NCBI RefSeq assembly: GCF_036971445.1
Contig: NC_091475.1
Coordinates: 159,774,001-159,838,000, forward strand
Direction of reading: 5' to 3'
DNA: 64,000 nt
From: Narcine bancroftii
Lineage: Eukaryota
Position 1 is the first letter of the stretch. Each line of letters opens with the position of its first letter. The notes below the pieces were generated by a model. The model was not told the DNA's origin and did not search any database. It worked only from the letters and a program-made list of their open reading frames with translations. The position numbers and the translations under genes are program-made. Below are positions 36,053 to 49,393 of the stretch, one piece after another.

Positions 36053-36074
36053 TGCGCTGCTCATATATACACTT

Positions 36075-36246
36075 GCAACCGATTATCCTATTAGTTTCTT
36101 ATGCATTTGGAACATGGGAGGAAACCAGAGCACTCAGAGGAAACTTGTAGTCACGGGGAGAACATAAAAACCGCAGTCAGCGGTAGATTCGAACCTGGGT
36201 CACTGATGGTGTAGTAACTTTGTGCTAACTGTTATTTCATCACCCC
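36075..36246 (-). mobile_element. tRNA-derived V-SINE
   Basis: GGGAGGAAACCAGAGCACTCAGAGGAAAC...GTCACGGGGAGAAC...GATTCGAACCTGGGTC (B-box on the minus strand). Confidence 0.75.
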
Positions 36247-36299
36247 TTCCCAAGATGACTTGTCTGTCTTCTGCCGCCTTCACCTCCAGAGTCAGTCCA

Positions 36300-36660
36300 A
36301 ATACACATAATAAGATCAGCACCTTCTTCCTCCTGAACAGTCTACCATTCAATGGTGTGAAGATTGAATTTTCCACTTCCCCATGTTACTTTCTCTAACC
36401 TTCTGATCCACCCAGGTTCTCATCCACTTTTTTCCAACCTCTACCCTAATTCACCCATCACTTGGTTCCACACATTCACACACACTTAACCCCACCTGTT
36501 TCCATCTGCCTATCATTTCTCCCTTGCCTGATTTTTACCTTTCATTGTTCTGATGAAGAGTTTCAGCTCAAAGTTTTAACCATTCTTTTTCTCTCACTGA
36601 GCTCCACAGATTGTGTGTTGCTTCAGATTCTAACATCTGCCGTCTCTATTGTGTCCCTAG
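36300..36660 (+). mobile_element. Penelope-like 3' remnant with decayed hammerhead core
   Basis: CAGCACCTTCTTC...AATGGTGTGAAGATTGAATTTTCCACTTC (end of GIY-YIG), a pyrimidine tract, CTGATGAAGAG...GCTCAAAG at 36550, and TTCAGATTCTAACATCTGC. Confidence 0.6.
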
Positions 36661-36714
36661 TGTCAGAATTACACTGATATTGCTATGAATAGATTACTTG
36701 CCTTTTCTTTCATG

Positions 36715-37863
36715 TTGGTAAATTAGTGCAAGCTGTTGGAAAGATCCTGAGAGACAGGATTTACAAGCATTTAGAGAGGCGTAATCTCATTGGGGATGGT
36801 CAGCATGGCTTTGTCAGGTAAGGTAGTGTCTCATGTGCCTGATTGAATTCTTTAAGGATGTAACAAAGAGCATTAATGAAGGTAGAGTGGAGGATGTAGT
36901 GTATGTGAACTTGAGTAAGGAATTTAATAAGAATCCCCATACAAGGCTCATTTAGAAAGTAAGAAGACATGGAATCCAAGAAGACTTTGCTTTGTCATTA
37001 TAGAATTGGCTTGCCCAGAGAAGACAGGGTGGTTATAGATAGTTTATCTTCTACATGGAGGTCGGTGGCCAGTGGTGTTCACCAGGGATCTATTTGAGGA
37101 TCTCTCCTCTTTGTGATATTTATAAATAACCTGGATGAGGAAGTGGAAGAGTGGTTTAGTAAGTTTGCAGATGACATGGAAGTAGGTGGTGTTGTGGATA
37201 GTCTGGAGGGTTGCCAGAAGATACAGTGGGATATTGATAGGATGCAGAGCTGGGTTGAGAAGTGGCAGGCAGAATTTAATCCCAAAAATATGAAGTGATT
37301 CATTTCAGTAGTCAAATTTGAAGGCAGAATACAATGTTAATGGATGGACACTGAGTTGCGTGGACAAACTCTTAGATTTTGAGGTCCGTATCCATAGGGA
37401 ACTCAAAACTGCTGCACAGGTTCATAGGCTTGTTAAAAAGGCATATGGTGTGTTAGCCTTCATTAACCAAGATCATGTTTAAGAGCTGTGAGGTGGTATA
37501 TTGATAGAATACTCCACTTCATTTCTGGTCTGGTCACCTCACATGAATTATGTGGATGCTATAGAGAGGGTGTAGATGAGATTTACAAAGATGTTGCAGA
37601 GATTGGAGAACATTTCTTTCGAGAATATGTTGAGTGAACTTGATATTTTCTCCTTTGAGCAATGGAGGATGAGGGATGACCTGATAGAAGTGTAAAAGAT
37701 GATGAGAGGCATTGATCATGTGGGCAGCCAGAGGCTGACCCTGTCCCCCCCCCCTCACAAGGCTGAAATGGATAGCATGACAGGTCATAGTTTTTGATGG
37801 TGACTAGCATCAATCACACGAGACAGAGTGCAAATTACGCTAGTTTTAATAGATATATATATA

Positions 37864-37897
<34 letters not shown>

Positions 37898-38305
37898 CAT
37901 ACATACATAGTTAGGTCTTGCCTCTGTGCAAGCCTAGGTCAGAATGGAGGAGCACGAGTGCCAATCGGCTTGTATATAAAAGGTCGTCAGGTGATGGCCC
38001 CTGGTGGCCTAGTGGTGTAATAGCGTATCACCACAGTTTTAAAGTGCTTGAAAGTACAGGGGGGATTAAGATGTAAAATTTTCACAGACAGTGGTGGGTG
38101 CATGGAATGCATCGCTGGAAACACTGGTGGATGCAGGTACAATAGGACCTTTTTAGAGACTATAAGACAGGTACAGCGAGCTAAGAAAAATGGAGGGTTG
38201 TGCAGTATGGAAATTCTATGCATTTGGTAGAGTAGGTGATTAGGTTGGCACAACACTGTGGGCCAAAGGGCTGTATCTGTGCTGCAGATTTCTATGTTCT
38301 AATCT
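36715..38305 (+). mobile_element. CR1 LINE ORF2 RT to 3' end
   Basis: GQHGFVR, SGVHQGSI*GSLLFVIFINNLDEEVEEWFSKFADDMEVGGVVDSLEGCQKIQWDIDRMQSWVEKWQAEFNP, and the tail GGCCAAAGGGCTGTATCTGTGCTGCAGATTTCTATGTTCTA. Confidence 0.92.
37795..38035 (-). mobile_element. Solo LTR inserted in CR1 with 5-bp TSD GTTTT; contains (TA)n(TACA)n
   Basis: TG...CA termini, GTTTT at 37790-37794 and 38036-38040. The CR1 reads through once the LTR is removed (GGTCATAGTTTTAAAGTGC). Confidence 0.8.
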
Positions 38306-38589
38306 ATAACTAGAAGGAAATAAGTATGATAATGGGGAATGGATCAGACATTTTTATCTTCATTGCTTTCCATTGAGTATCCATAAATAGATTGTTTTAT
38401 AACATTGCAGATAACATATTTATGAGCAAGCTTCACAAATTATGAATTTTAAATGAATTTAATTCAATTTAAGCAAATTCATTTCAAAACAGATTTTTAA
38501 ATTATAAGACATTGATGTCCAATGTGTCTTGGAATTTGAAAGTTGAACCTTTCCATGTCAGTACAAGCATGTATTGCTTTGGAATGAGA

Positions 38590-38850
38590 AGAAGAAAATA
38601 GATTTATGTTGTACTTTTAACAACCTCAGAGGGTCCCAAATCAATGAAGTTGTTTTTAAAGTGTAAGCCAGTTTATGTACAGCCATAATCCACACTCATC
38701 AATGAGATAAAGACTTGTTTTCATGATATTAATTCCGATAGAAATATCGAACAAAGCACTGAGCAGAATTGCCCTTCAGATTGCATCTTAATTTTGCCAT
38801 GGAATCTTTCTTTGGAACTGGCTTGAACCCACAAACTCTGAGATGAGGTC
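38590..38850 (-). mobile_element. Deu-domain SINE remnant (SacSINE1-like)
   Basis: ACAACCTCAGAGGGTCCCAAA..CAATGAAG...TTTAAAGTGTA...CAATGAGATA...TGCCATGGAATCTTT...CTTGAACCCACAAAC. Confidence 0.6.
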
Positions 38851-39289
38851 ATGACCAAATGAGGCAACATGAACTGTATATGCAAGATCAGTTGGGCATG
38901 TTTGCATTTCTAATACAGTTAGTGCCTGTGCAAAATAAAAATCATAATTTCTGTGCTTCATCAGTCAATGTTATTTCATTTTGTAAAGAGTGACTGAATA
39001 GCTTGTATTTCATTCCAAATATTTCCTTTATCCATTGTATTTTTTTTTGGTTGATCAGAATTCAAACTCATAAATGGGTCAGAGAAAAAAAATTGTTTGT
39101 GATTTAGGAATGCTAAACTTCAAAAATGTATTCTATTGAAATCCACAGAATTAGAGTTCAGAAACTGATTGCAGTTTGTGTGTTTTTCTGTATCAAATGT
39201 TGGGCATATGTGACCGAGGATTAATTTTAACCTCAGTATTAGTTTATCAGAGTGTTAATACTGAAAATATAAAAGCTCCTCTTAAAAAT

Positions 39290-39928
39290 GATGTTGATAG
39301 GATAGTTAATATGGCCTATGGGATGTTGGGCTTCATAAATGGGGGAATGAGTTCGAGAATAGAAAGGTCATGTTGCAACTCTACAAATCTCTGGTGAGAT
39401 TTGGTATTGTGTTCCGTTCTGGTCACCTCATTACAGGAAAGATGTGGAAACTATGGAGAGAGTGCAGAGGAGATTTACCAGGATGTTGCCTGGATTGGAA
39501 AATACGTCTTATGAGGTAATGTTAACAGTGCTGGGACTTTTCTCTTTGGAGAGTAGAAGGATGAGAGGAGACCCAATAGAGGTCTACAAGATTATGAGAG
39601 GACAGCCAGCGCCGGTTTCCAAAGGCAGGAATAGTAAACACCAGAGAACTAGTACAAAGTGAAGGGAGTGAATTTCAGGGGAGACATCAGGAATAAGTAT
39701 TTTTTTTAAATGCAGAGAGTTGTGGGTGTCTGGAATGCCTTGCCAGAGATGATGGTTGAGGCTGAAACATTAGGGGCATTAAGAGACTCTTCAACAGGCA
39801 CACGGATGAATGAAAAATAGAGGGTTATGGGGTAGAGAAGGTTCAGTACTTTTTTTAAGGAATCTATGGGTCAGCACAACATCGAGGCCCAAAGGGCCTG
39901 CATCGTGCTGTAGTGTTCTATGTTCTAA
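39290..39928 (+). mobile_element. CR1 3' end
   Basis: AYGMLGFIN, METMERVQRRFTRMLPGLENTSYE...LGLFSLESRRMRGDPIEVYKIMRG, and the tail GTGCTGTAGTGTTCTATGTTCTA. Confidence 0.92.
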
Positions 39929-40241
39929 GGATAGTGACAGATGCTTCAGGTTTTAATAAACTATCAAAAAAAAGCAATGCGATGAACATTCAGGAGGTCA
40001 GTCATTTTCTTTGGCCATCAATGTTTCAGGTGCCAACTTTTAATTAGTTACTTCCAAATATTTAGTGAAAAATTGAACAACATGAGAAATGTTATCAACT
40101 TCCTATCAGCTTAAGGTACTTAAAAGGTTTCCAGCCAGTGTTCTGTTCTATGCATTAGTGCATAAACAATGAAAGCATTACAAATCAGAACATTTTGGAC
40201 CACAAAATCCACCTCTGTAAACGACCCTCATTTTCAAAACC

Positions 40242-40430
40242 TTTAATTCAGAGATACATTACGGTAATAGGCCCTTCAAGCCCACGCCCATGTACCAATT
40301 AACCTACTCACTTTGCGTGTCTTTGGAAAGTGGGAGGAAACCGGAGCACTCAGAGGAATCCCAAGCAGACACAGGGAGAATGTGCAAACTCTTTACAGAC
40401 AGCACAGGAATAGAACCTGCATCACTGGCA
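40242..40430 (-). mobile_element. HE1/V-SINE
   Basis: GGTAATAGGCCC...CCAATTAACCTA...GGGAGGAAACCGGAGCAC...GGGAGAATGTGCAAACTCTTTACAGACAGC. Confidence 0.8.
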
Positions 40431-40687
40431 CCCGAGCATCAGAAATCAATTTGTCCAAAATTCTACAGCCCACATATTCTAAAAGTTCAAGTCCTAATCT
40501 AAAGGTTGCTATTGTGTTCTCATTAATTTCCCACATATCGCTACCTAATCTACTTCTTCATTCCTTTCCCCCTTTTGAAAGATTAAGTACTTCTGCTCCT
40601 CTCATTCTGGCTGACTTCAATATCTTTGTACTTTTTCCATTCAATCCACTGCTTCAGCTATATTGCCCTGATCTACAATTCTTCTTA

Positions 40688-40930
40688 GGGCGCATGGTTT
40701 GTATAGTGATTAGGCACACTTCACTGCATCAGCAACAAAGATTTGAATCTGGTGCAGTCAGTAAGGAGTTTTGACATTCTCCTGTGACTGCATGGGTTTT
40801 TTCTGGGATTTCTGGTTACCTCCTACCCTCCAGAATGTTGGAATTGGTAGGTTAATTGTGTGTAATTGGGGCAGCACAGGTTTCATGGGCCAAAAGGACC
40901 TTTGACCACTGTTTCATTAAAATTAAAAAA
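40688..40930 (+). mobile_element. HE1/V-SINE
   Basis: GGGCGCATGGTTTGTATAGTG...GATTTGAATC...GTAAGGAGTTTTGACATTCTCC...GGTAGGTTAATTG...CATGGGCCAAAAGGACC. Confidence 0.8.
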
Positions 40931-42259
40931 GTAAAAGCCATCCATCTTTCTCTTTGTATTAACAACTGAGTTAGAGTATTATTGGTTTGGACAATTCTTC
41001 TGCTAACTATCTCCTTTACATGTGTACGGCCTTAAAGATGCTTTGATCAACAAGCAAGCAGAAACATATTAGAAATTACAGAAAATATTGGATTAAAGAA
41101 TAAACATAATAGGTGTGCTATTTTCATTGTCAAATGGTGCAAATATAGCAGCCTGCAAAATAGAAATTTAAAAAATCCTGTTGGCAAGATACAACTTCAG
41201 TCATCTTTATTCACTGGATCCTAAAATCTACTTTTTTATTTCAAGCTTAGAACAGTCTAAAGTACATAATTATTTGTAAGTTTACATTATCAAATTGTAA
41301 GAGGGATTTTTCCACAAATTAATCTAAGAAATACGGTTGCACCATGTGTAAAGCATGAATTTTTTAGTGTTTAGTTTGGGTTACATTGAGAAATATTTTC
41401 TCATTTTTATCAATGATATAATTGAGTATTTTGGTTAAAAAGCAAATCTTAATTGAAGAGATGCAGCTACATTTGTCCTCAAAGTCCAAATGAATTACAA
41501 TCAGTATTAAAGTAAGAATGGATTATTTTAGGCTTTACCTTTTTCCTTTGACAAAACTTTTTTTTTCCCCCCCATGTAACCAAGAATAACTTTTGTTCAA
41601 CCCATTTTCTTGTGGAGTCTGTATTGAGTTTACTGATACACCATATCTATAAAAATGGTATAAATCAGTGGTCTGTATGAGTCCTTAGAAAATCATGTAT
41701 GACATTTTTTAATTATTGATATGTTTTTGTAGAGTTTACATGTGTAGACTGCAGTTATTATCAGAGGGAAGAAAAAGTAAAAGGTTTTCCAATTCGCCAT
41801 TGTATTTTTTCCTCTCTCTGTTTAAAAATTCTCATTCAAGAGTTACCCATGTGTGATTGGCAACCGTGAACAATGGTAGATAAAAAACAGTTTCACTTTG
41901 GTTTGATCCAAGTTCCACACTCCAGTAAACCTGCTGAATTGAAACCTGAACTGATCCAACACTATCGTATGATTGAAATCCCCATCATTTGACAGATATT
42001 ACATTACATAAAGAATGGTATGACCAGGGACAGATTTAGGAGGTTTATCTGTTCTGGGAATTTTACAACTTGTCATTAAAAACAGCCACACAATTATGAA
42101 GTGCAAACTCTTTGTTTGGTAAAACAGATGCCAAATAGCTTTCATTTTGTATTCTCATCATTTTTTGTTGGGAAAGAGAAACATACTAAATATTACCTGC
42201 TGAATAACAGACAGGGAAGACCGATTGTGACCTCAGTCAGTCAGAGGTTTAATTACAGT

Positions 42260-44225
42260 CTAAATTGGAAGATTTTAGGATTATATCAGATTATAAAGTC
42301 AATTGGGACAAGAGAGAAGTTATGCAATTTACAGGTGGGAATTATGAACAAATTAAGAGAAATTCTCAATTTAAGTGGCCACTCAATGGGATTAAATATT
42401 TGGGTATCAAGGTAGATAGCCTGCAGAATTTATGTTGAATTATCTTGCCTCGCTTCAGAAAATTGAGGATGATCTTAATAAATAGATGACCCTCCCAATA
42501 ACTGGTTGGAAGTCAACATCCATTAAAATGAATGCACTGCTTCGAATACAATATTTTTTTCAAGTTTGCTTGTTCCTCTACCTTCGAGAATCTTTCAAAA
42601 CCTTAATAAATGTGATAAGGTAAGCATTCCAGAATCTCTCTTGATAAATTAACTTGAAATTATGAATTGGGAGGATTAATGCTCCTGGATTTCAAAAAAT
42701 ATTTTGATGGAGGAGACAAATCTTCTTGGGTAATATTGGAGTTGCATAAGTTTGGTGAAAGGAAAGCAAAAACCCTTGTATATAAATGGTATTCTAAATT
42801 ATTATCTGGCCCTAAAGCAGCCCCCCTATTAAAGCCTGGAATAAAATTAAAATGGAATAAATTTAATGGTCAAATTCAGGACAAGTGGGGGTCTTTCACC
42901 TCAGACATCCCTGGCTCAAAATATGTTAATTCCATTAATGATTGATAATAAAATCCTGGATACTTGGTCCCAGAGAGGGGCAAGTGTATTGAGGATTGTT
43001 ATGAGCAGGGACAATTTATGATATTTGAGCAAATTTGGAATGAATGTGGAGTTTTAAATACATCTATTTTCTGTTATCTTCAGTTAAGAACTTATTTAAG
43101 GGACAAGTTGTGTCCAGCACTAACCTTAAAGCAGTATAATGAAATAGAGACTCTGGTTCTAAAGGGGAGCACAATTTTCTGTTACAAAAATGTAATCCTT
43201 ACTTCAGGTGGAAACCCCTGGGCTTGATAAATCAAGACAAAGTTGGGGATCAGATTTGGGTATAGAAATTGATTCATTTTGCTGATCTGAGTTATGTCAG
43301 GCCAGCATTATTAATTAACATGATTATTGTAAGGTATTGGCTGGTACAATATAACTTGCATCAGCTATACCTTACTCCACAAAAATTACACAAATTCAAA
43401 TTTGAAATATCAGACCAATGTTTTCACTGTGGTCAAGAAATAGGTACTTTCTTGCATTCAACCTGGTCATGCCCTAAAGTGAGGCCTTTCTGGGAAGATT
43501 TGGGTAATCTCCTTGAAAATAAATTACTGGAATTCAATACCCTCAGGTACCTGAATTATTTTTTTGATTGGGGAATTTAGAAGACGTAAAACCTAAAATG
43601 AGGCTATTGAAATATCAATTAAAATTCATTAAGCTCACTTTAGCAGTGGCGAGGAAATGCATAGATAGAAAGCATAATTGTGTTCTCTGGACATCACCTA
43701 TAACCTCAGAAACAGGTATGTTTTTAAGAATATAGAATTCATATCAAAAGTTCATCGGATTAAGTCTTTAATGATTCCCACCCCAACCCCCCCCCACCCC
43801 CGTCTCTTCACCCTGGCGCTCGCAGTGCTGGGGACCCTAGAAAAGTCAGGTTATTTCCCCCTTGATGGGAGTGGGGTTTATCCTACAGGAAGCCTACCTT
43901 TTTTTTTTCTTACTTTTTCTTGTTTCTTGGTGGGGAGGGGGGGGGGAGTAGGTGGGAGGGTTCCTTTTATTTTCTCTCTCTATTTTTCAATTGTCCTTTT
44001 CTCCCTTTGGTTCAACATGGACATTGGATTTAAATTTTTGTAGTAATATTGCAATTTTGCTTTCTTTATAATGAATCACGTTGACTCATTTCTTCTTTCT
44101 CGCTTTCTTTAATATCAACGTGTGTATCAATATTATTTCGATAATATTATGGATATTGATGCTCTACTTTTTGATTATTCTTCATTTTGACTGTATGTTG
44201 ATTGAAAATTCTCAAAATAAAATAT
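42260..44225 (+). mobile_element. L1/Tx1-clade LINE, ORF2 C-terminal part plus T-rich 3' UTR (many frameshifts)
   Basis: DYKVNWDK, IKYLGIKV, KIEDDL, IKMN, ELGGLMLLDFKKY, FCYLQLRTYL, the C-terminal zinc motif LHQLYLTPQKL...CFHCGQEIGTFLHSTWSCPKVRPFWEDL, and AATAAA at ~44216. Confidence 0.9.
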
Positions 44226-46959
44226 TTTTATTTCAGTCAGAGGTTCGCCTAGTCCCTTTCATAAACAAACCTTTCTTCCTTTTCACATCCTCCTCCAAAT
44301 TTAGCCTCTGATAACTGGAGACCAGGTTTTTTTTTTACATTGAATCCTGTCTTCTACCAGTTTACAGTTACTTTGAAAAGTATAACCACTTTCTGTTGAA
44401 CCCCCTTCAAAAGGTAAAATCACTGTGAATGGATTTGAACTGGTCAATCCCTTAAGCAAGGGGTTCATCCCCATACTTGGGAGCCTTTCTGATTCCACAA
44501 ACTGAAGGCAGAAGTCTAACGAATTTCACCCTTTTGTTATTTATCTGTTGGTTTCACCCAGATGACAGGATTGGATTAAATCATGGTTCAAAAATAAATG
44601 TTGAACTGGAGTCGGTCACTGATTCCTTCAGCCACCTCTACGATTTAATTAGATCATGACTGATTTGGTTATAACCTTGACTTTGCATTCCACCCCTACC
44701 TTTAATACCCACCTCACCTTTAAATTAAATTGATCTACTTCTGCCTTTAAAATATGGACATACTCACATTCCACCAACATTTAGCCTTGACAGAAAAGAG
44801 TTTTAAAAACTTGAAACCAATGAAATAGATATTTGCACTCTTTTTATCTTGAATGGGCAACATCTAGAATTCAGTTTAACCCCCAATGTTTAATTGCAAT
44901 GATTTTATTATAATTTCCATCTCCACCTTTTGAAAAATAGATAATATTTGGTTGCCTGATGATTCCTTTCTTTGCAGCCACTTGGTTTTTTTTTCAGTTT
45001 TCTGCTTGCTTGTCTTAAAACTGCTGCTTTAGCAAAATCAGAAGAGATACTCTCGCTTTGGATTAATTCCTATACAGAGTAACAAACCACCGAATGGTTA
45101 AAATAACTAAAATAATCTCCCATCTGATAAATGCTCTCCTCAAATTCTTTCACAAACCCAAACATTAGACATGATTCTCCTTGTTGTAAGGCATAACCCC
45201 TTCTAAGTGATTTCACAAAATCCATTGTCTAATTTTAACGCATTGATTTTTAACTGACCTTTATTCTTCTCCTCCCTCACATAAAAAGTCCTTTGGCTTT
45301 CATAATGCTACATGCTTGATCAGAGGTCCTCAGAGAATTTTTCACTGTGCATTAATCCTTCAGTTGTCTAATCTAATTTCCCTGAAAGAACTTCACCTTT
45401 ATAACTGCTACTCCCAATTGTGTGAAATGATTTCAGCTGCAATCAAAGTATACTCTTAAAAACAAAGAAGTACATATCGGTTATTCACTTTGTCTCATTC
45501 TGGTTATAATTCTTTTTAAAATTTTCGTAGAAATTGACTAAAATTGAATATGATTTCAATATAGCTTTCAAACACTTGAATGCATGAGCCTCTGTATAGG
45601 ACAAGTTTAGTTCTATTAAAGAAGACCTTGTAAAATAAATAATATATTTTACTTTTTGAATAAAATATCTTTTGTTCTTCTTTGGAAATTGTCTTGAGGC
45701 ACAATATAGGACATCTTAATAAAGGAGAAGTCTTCTATGCAAGCTTTTCTTTTTAAACCAAATGTGTGTGACCTTAATTGGGGAGTCCCCAGGTTTCAAC
45801 CCAATTCTGGCCATTCATCCCAAAACAACAGAACATGTTGGGTATGCATATTCTGCAAAAAATGTTTGGGTTTCATCATGTTAAGCCAAGTCATGCAGCT
45901 TCCGTCCTTCATCCGGTTCAGCTTGACGGGTGTTAAACAGAGCGCCAGGGTCTTGCCTTGAAATGGGAGGCTGGTTTTTGGGTGTTGATTGGAGTTTGAT
46001 AGTGTCAGTGCAAGGGAATGAATGGGGATTGATAGTTGTTCAAGCTGCAGTTCCAACTTAGTCTCAGCATCACATTCCAGCAATGACATCCAACATGGGA
46101 GTGAAAGGCACTCCCAACATCCAGCTTCGAATATCAATTGCAGTTTGATCTTGAACAGCTTTTAAATGAAGGGAGAAAGGAACGAAATTCAAAGTGTGGG
46201 CGGACGCAATAGGTGGGGAGAGAAATAAGGTGGAAGTCAGGAGAGATTATCTGGCAAACGATGAATTAAGCATCATGAGGGTGGTTCAGCTCCTTTACAG
46301 TCTGCTGAGCAGCTGACTTTATTCAACATGGAACTGTGACAAGATATTTACAGAAGAGATGAATCCGGATCATGTTTAAAAATGTATGAGGTATATTACA
46401 TAAAAACCATATGCCACCTTCATTCCTGCATTAAAAATGTAGGGTAACTGGGCATTAAGCATTCCATTAGCTTGAGTATTTCCACGCAGCAAATTTTTAT
46501 AACTGTTATATTAATGGGGAGAAATGTATATCCTCAAAATATTTTGTAATCCTAATGATGCTGTAAACTGTTCCAATATACTGAGATAGAAGAGCAATAT
46601 TCTATTTATAACAAGTTACGTTATTGTAAGCATTGTGTGAGCTCAACGCTGTTACAAACAAACATTGCATAAGCAGCCAGTGCATGAACTGCCTAATGAT
46701 GAGGTGCTGAGTAAGAGCAACAAGGCCTGTCGTGTCATCAGAATATCAGCTGTTGTCAAACTCTCGGCTCCTAAAGCACTCAATCCAATTCACAGGCTGA
46801 GCTGTGCAGCTCCCCGATAACTTCCTCTCCTCAAATGCAGACAATTACTTTCATCTCAAATGCTGTTTCTCCAGAAGTTTGTTTTTTGATTCCAGAATCC
46901 ATCATCTGGAGTTCTTTCCACTAACAGAATCATCCTTCTGGCAGAACTTAATCTTCCCT

Positions 46960-47530
46960 GACTCAACTTCGTACATGTCAAAGGTGTAGCCATGGGTCCT
47001 CTATGGGCCCCTGCAATGCTTGTTCCAAACATTCTCTAGTTCCACTCCCCAACACTTGGTCCATTTCATTGATAACTGCATTTCTGCTGCTTCTTGCCCC
47101 AGTGAGGAACTCGTCAGTTTTATTACCTTTGCTACTATCCTCTCAAATTCACTTCAACCATTTCCAACACTTCTCTCCCTTTTCTGGATCACTTTATCTC
47201 CATCTGAGAAGGCAAACTATCCACTGATGTCTATGATAAACTCACCAAATCCCTCAGCTGCCTTGACTGCAAATCTTCCCATTTTGTCTCTTGTAAGGTT
47301 GCTATCCATTTCTTTCAGTATCTCCATCTTTGCTCCTGCTCCATGTTGCCATTATTTGTTATCCTTCCTTGCCGGTTTCCTTCACCTTTTTTTATGTAAG
47401 CTACCTTCCCTCTCCACTCTTAGTCCTGATGCAGGGTCTTGATCCAAAGCCTCACCATCTCTCTGCTTGGCCCATAGAGTTCTTCCTGCAGTTTATTTTT
47501 CTTTGCCTCAAATTCCAGTTTTCAGTTCAT
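46960..47530 (+). mobile_element. Penelope-like RT fragment plus terminus
   Basis: KGVAMGP.MGP, FIDNCISAASCPSEELVSFI, LPFLD, YDKLT..LSCLDC.SSH, then CCTGATGCAGGGTCTTGATCCAAA and GAGTTCTTCCTGCAG. Confidence 0.8.
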
Positions 47531-48424
47531 TGTATGACTCTCACTGCGCGTGGGCTCACCCTCTCTTTTATTGTGTGTATGTTTTTTTTCTTGCAGGATA
47601 CAGGAATATCTAACTGTGAAAGTTGCATTACTCTTTTATGATGCTTTTATGATGCCAAACTTAATAACCTCAGTTTCGATTATAGAGCCAAGTCAGCTGG
47701 AATGATCTAGTAAATACTGGGAACTTCTCCATTGAAAGTATTAGAATTATTTTTTAATGAAACCCCCAGTCATTCATCAGCTCTTTAATAATGGATTAAA
47801 TTCCAGACAGGACTATACTGTAAACCAGAGACCTGAAACAGTTTGTATTTTAAGATTATTCAAAGCTTCAGTAAATACTGGATTGCTCCACTTTGAATTA
47901 CATTGAAATAACTCAGCAAGAAAGTTTTTTTTAAATCACAAACTTTGAAGTTAATTATATTTATGATGAAAAAATGCTGAAAATCTATCATTATACCTGA
48001 GAACAATTGGAGAGAATGGAATGTTGAGGACATTTGTCATATCGCTGCTCTGCCCTGCTCACTCTCTGATCCCCAGCCCTACCGGTCAGCCATTCATTGT
48101 CCCAACGGCAGGTCCACAGAGCCATTTCTCTTGCCACTAGCACTGCTGACTCGAGACAAATGTCATCAGCCCTGGGCAAGTGGCAGAAGGGCCATCAACA
48201 CCCTCTTGGAGAAAAGGGCAGAGAGACCATGACCTCTTGAATTCCTCAATCTTCAAACTGTATTGGAATAGAAATAGTGCGACAGGGGTTAATTTTATTT
48301 GGAAAAAATTCAAATGCAGATATTTGTATTGGAACTTCGATGTACATACACTAGAATACTGAACAGGTGGAGATCTCTTGATATTATTCATACAAAAGTT
48401 GTGGTACAACTCAAATGGAAACTA

Positions 48425-48560
48425 AAAGAAAATTGCAGATATTGGAAATCTGAAATAAAGACAGAAAATGCTAGAAACATGCAGCACACCAGGCAGCTTG
48501 TGTGCAAACAAGCAATTAATGTTTCAGGACCAAGACATTTCATCAAAACGGAAAAGGATA
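48425..48560 (-). mobile_element. Penelope-like terminal remnant
   Basis: TGCAGATATTGGAAATCTGAAATAAAGACAGAAAATGCTAGAAAC...CAGGCAGC...AATGTTTCAGG...TTTCATCA. Confidence 0.6.
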
Positions 48561-48634
48561 TATTGTAAAAAAAAAATGCTCATTTTATATTTCGTCAATA
48601 CTACCATTGGGTATATAGCAATATAACTCAGTGC

Positions 48635-49393
48635 AGGCAGGACTGCAGTGGAGGAAATGGCAAGGCAGGACTGCAGTGGAGGAAATGGCAAGGCAGGACT
48701 GCAGTGGAGGAAATGGCAAGGCAGGACTGCAGTGGAGGAAATGGCAAGGCAGGACTGCAGTGGAGGAAATGGCAAGGCAGGACTGCAGTGGAGGAAATGG
48801 CAAGGCAGGACTGCAGTGGAGGAAATGGCAAGGCAGGACTGCAGTGGAGGAAATGGCAAGGCAGGACTGCAGTGGAGGAAATGGCAAGGCAGGACTGCAG
48901 TGGAGGAAATGGCAAGGCAGGACTGCAGTGGAGGAAATGGCAAGGCAGGACTGCAGTGGAGGAAATGGCAAGGCAGGACTGCAGTGGAGGAAATGGCAAG
49001 GCAGGACTGCAGTGGAGGAAATGGCAAGGCAGGACTGCAGTGGAGGAAATGGCAAGGCAGGACTGCAGTGGAGGAAATGGCAAGGCAGGACTGCAGTGGA
49101 GGAAATGGCAAGGCAGGACTGCAGTGGAGGAAATGGCAAGGCAGGACTGCAGTGGAGGAAATGGCAAGGCAGGACTGCAGTGGAGGAAATGGCAAGGCAG
49201 GACTGCAGTGGAGGAAATGGCAAGGCAGGACTGCAGTGGAGGAAATGGCAAGGCAGGACTGCAGTGGAGGAAATGGCAAGGCAGGACTGCAGTGGAGGAA
49301 ATGGCAAGGCAGGACTGCAGTGGAGGAAATGGCAAGGCAGGACTGCAGTGGAGGAAATGGCAAGGCAGGACTGCAGTGGAGGAAATGGCAAGG
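48635..49393. repeat. Perfect minisatellite, 27 x 28 bp (AGGCAGGACTGCAGTGGAGGAAATGGCA)
   Basis: 48635-49390 is 756 bp, i.e. 27 units with no visible variants, plus a trailing AGG. Confidence 0.98.
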
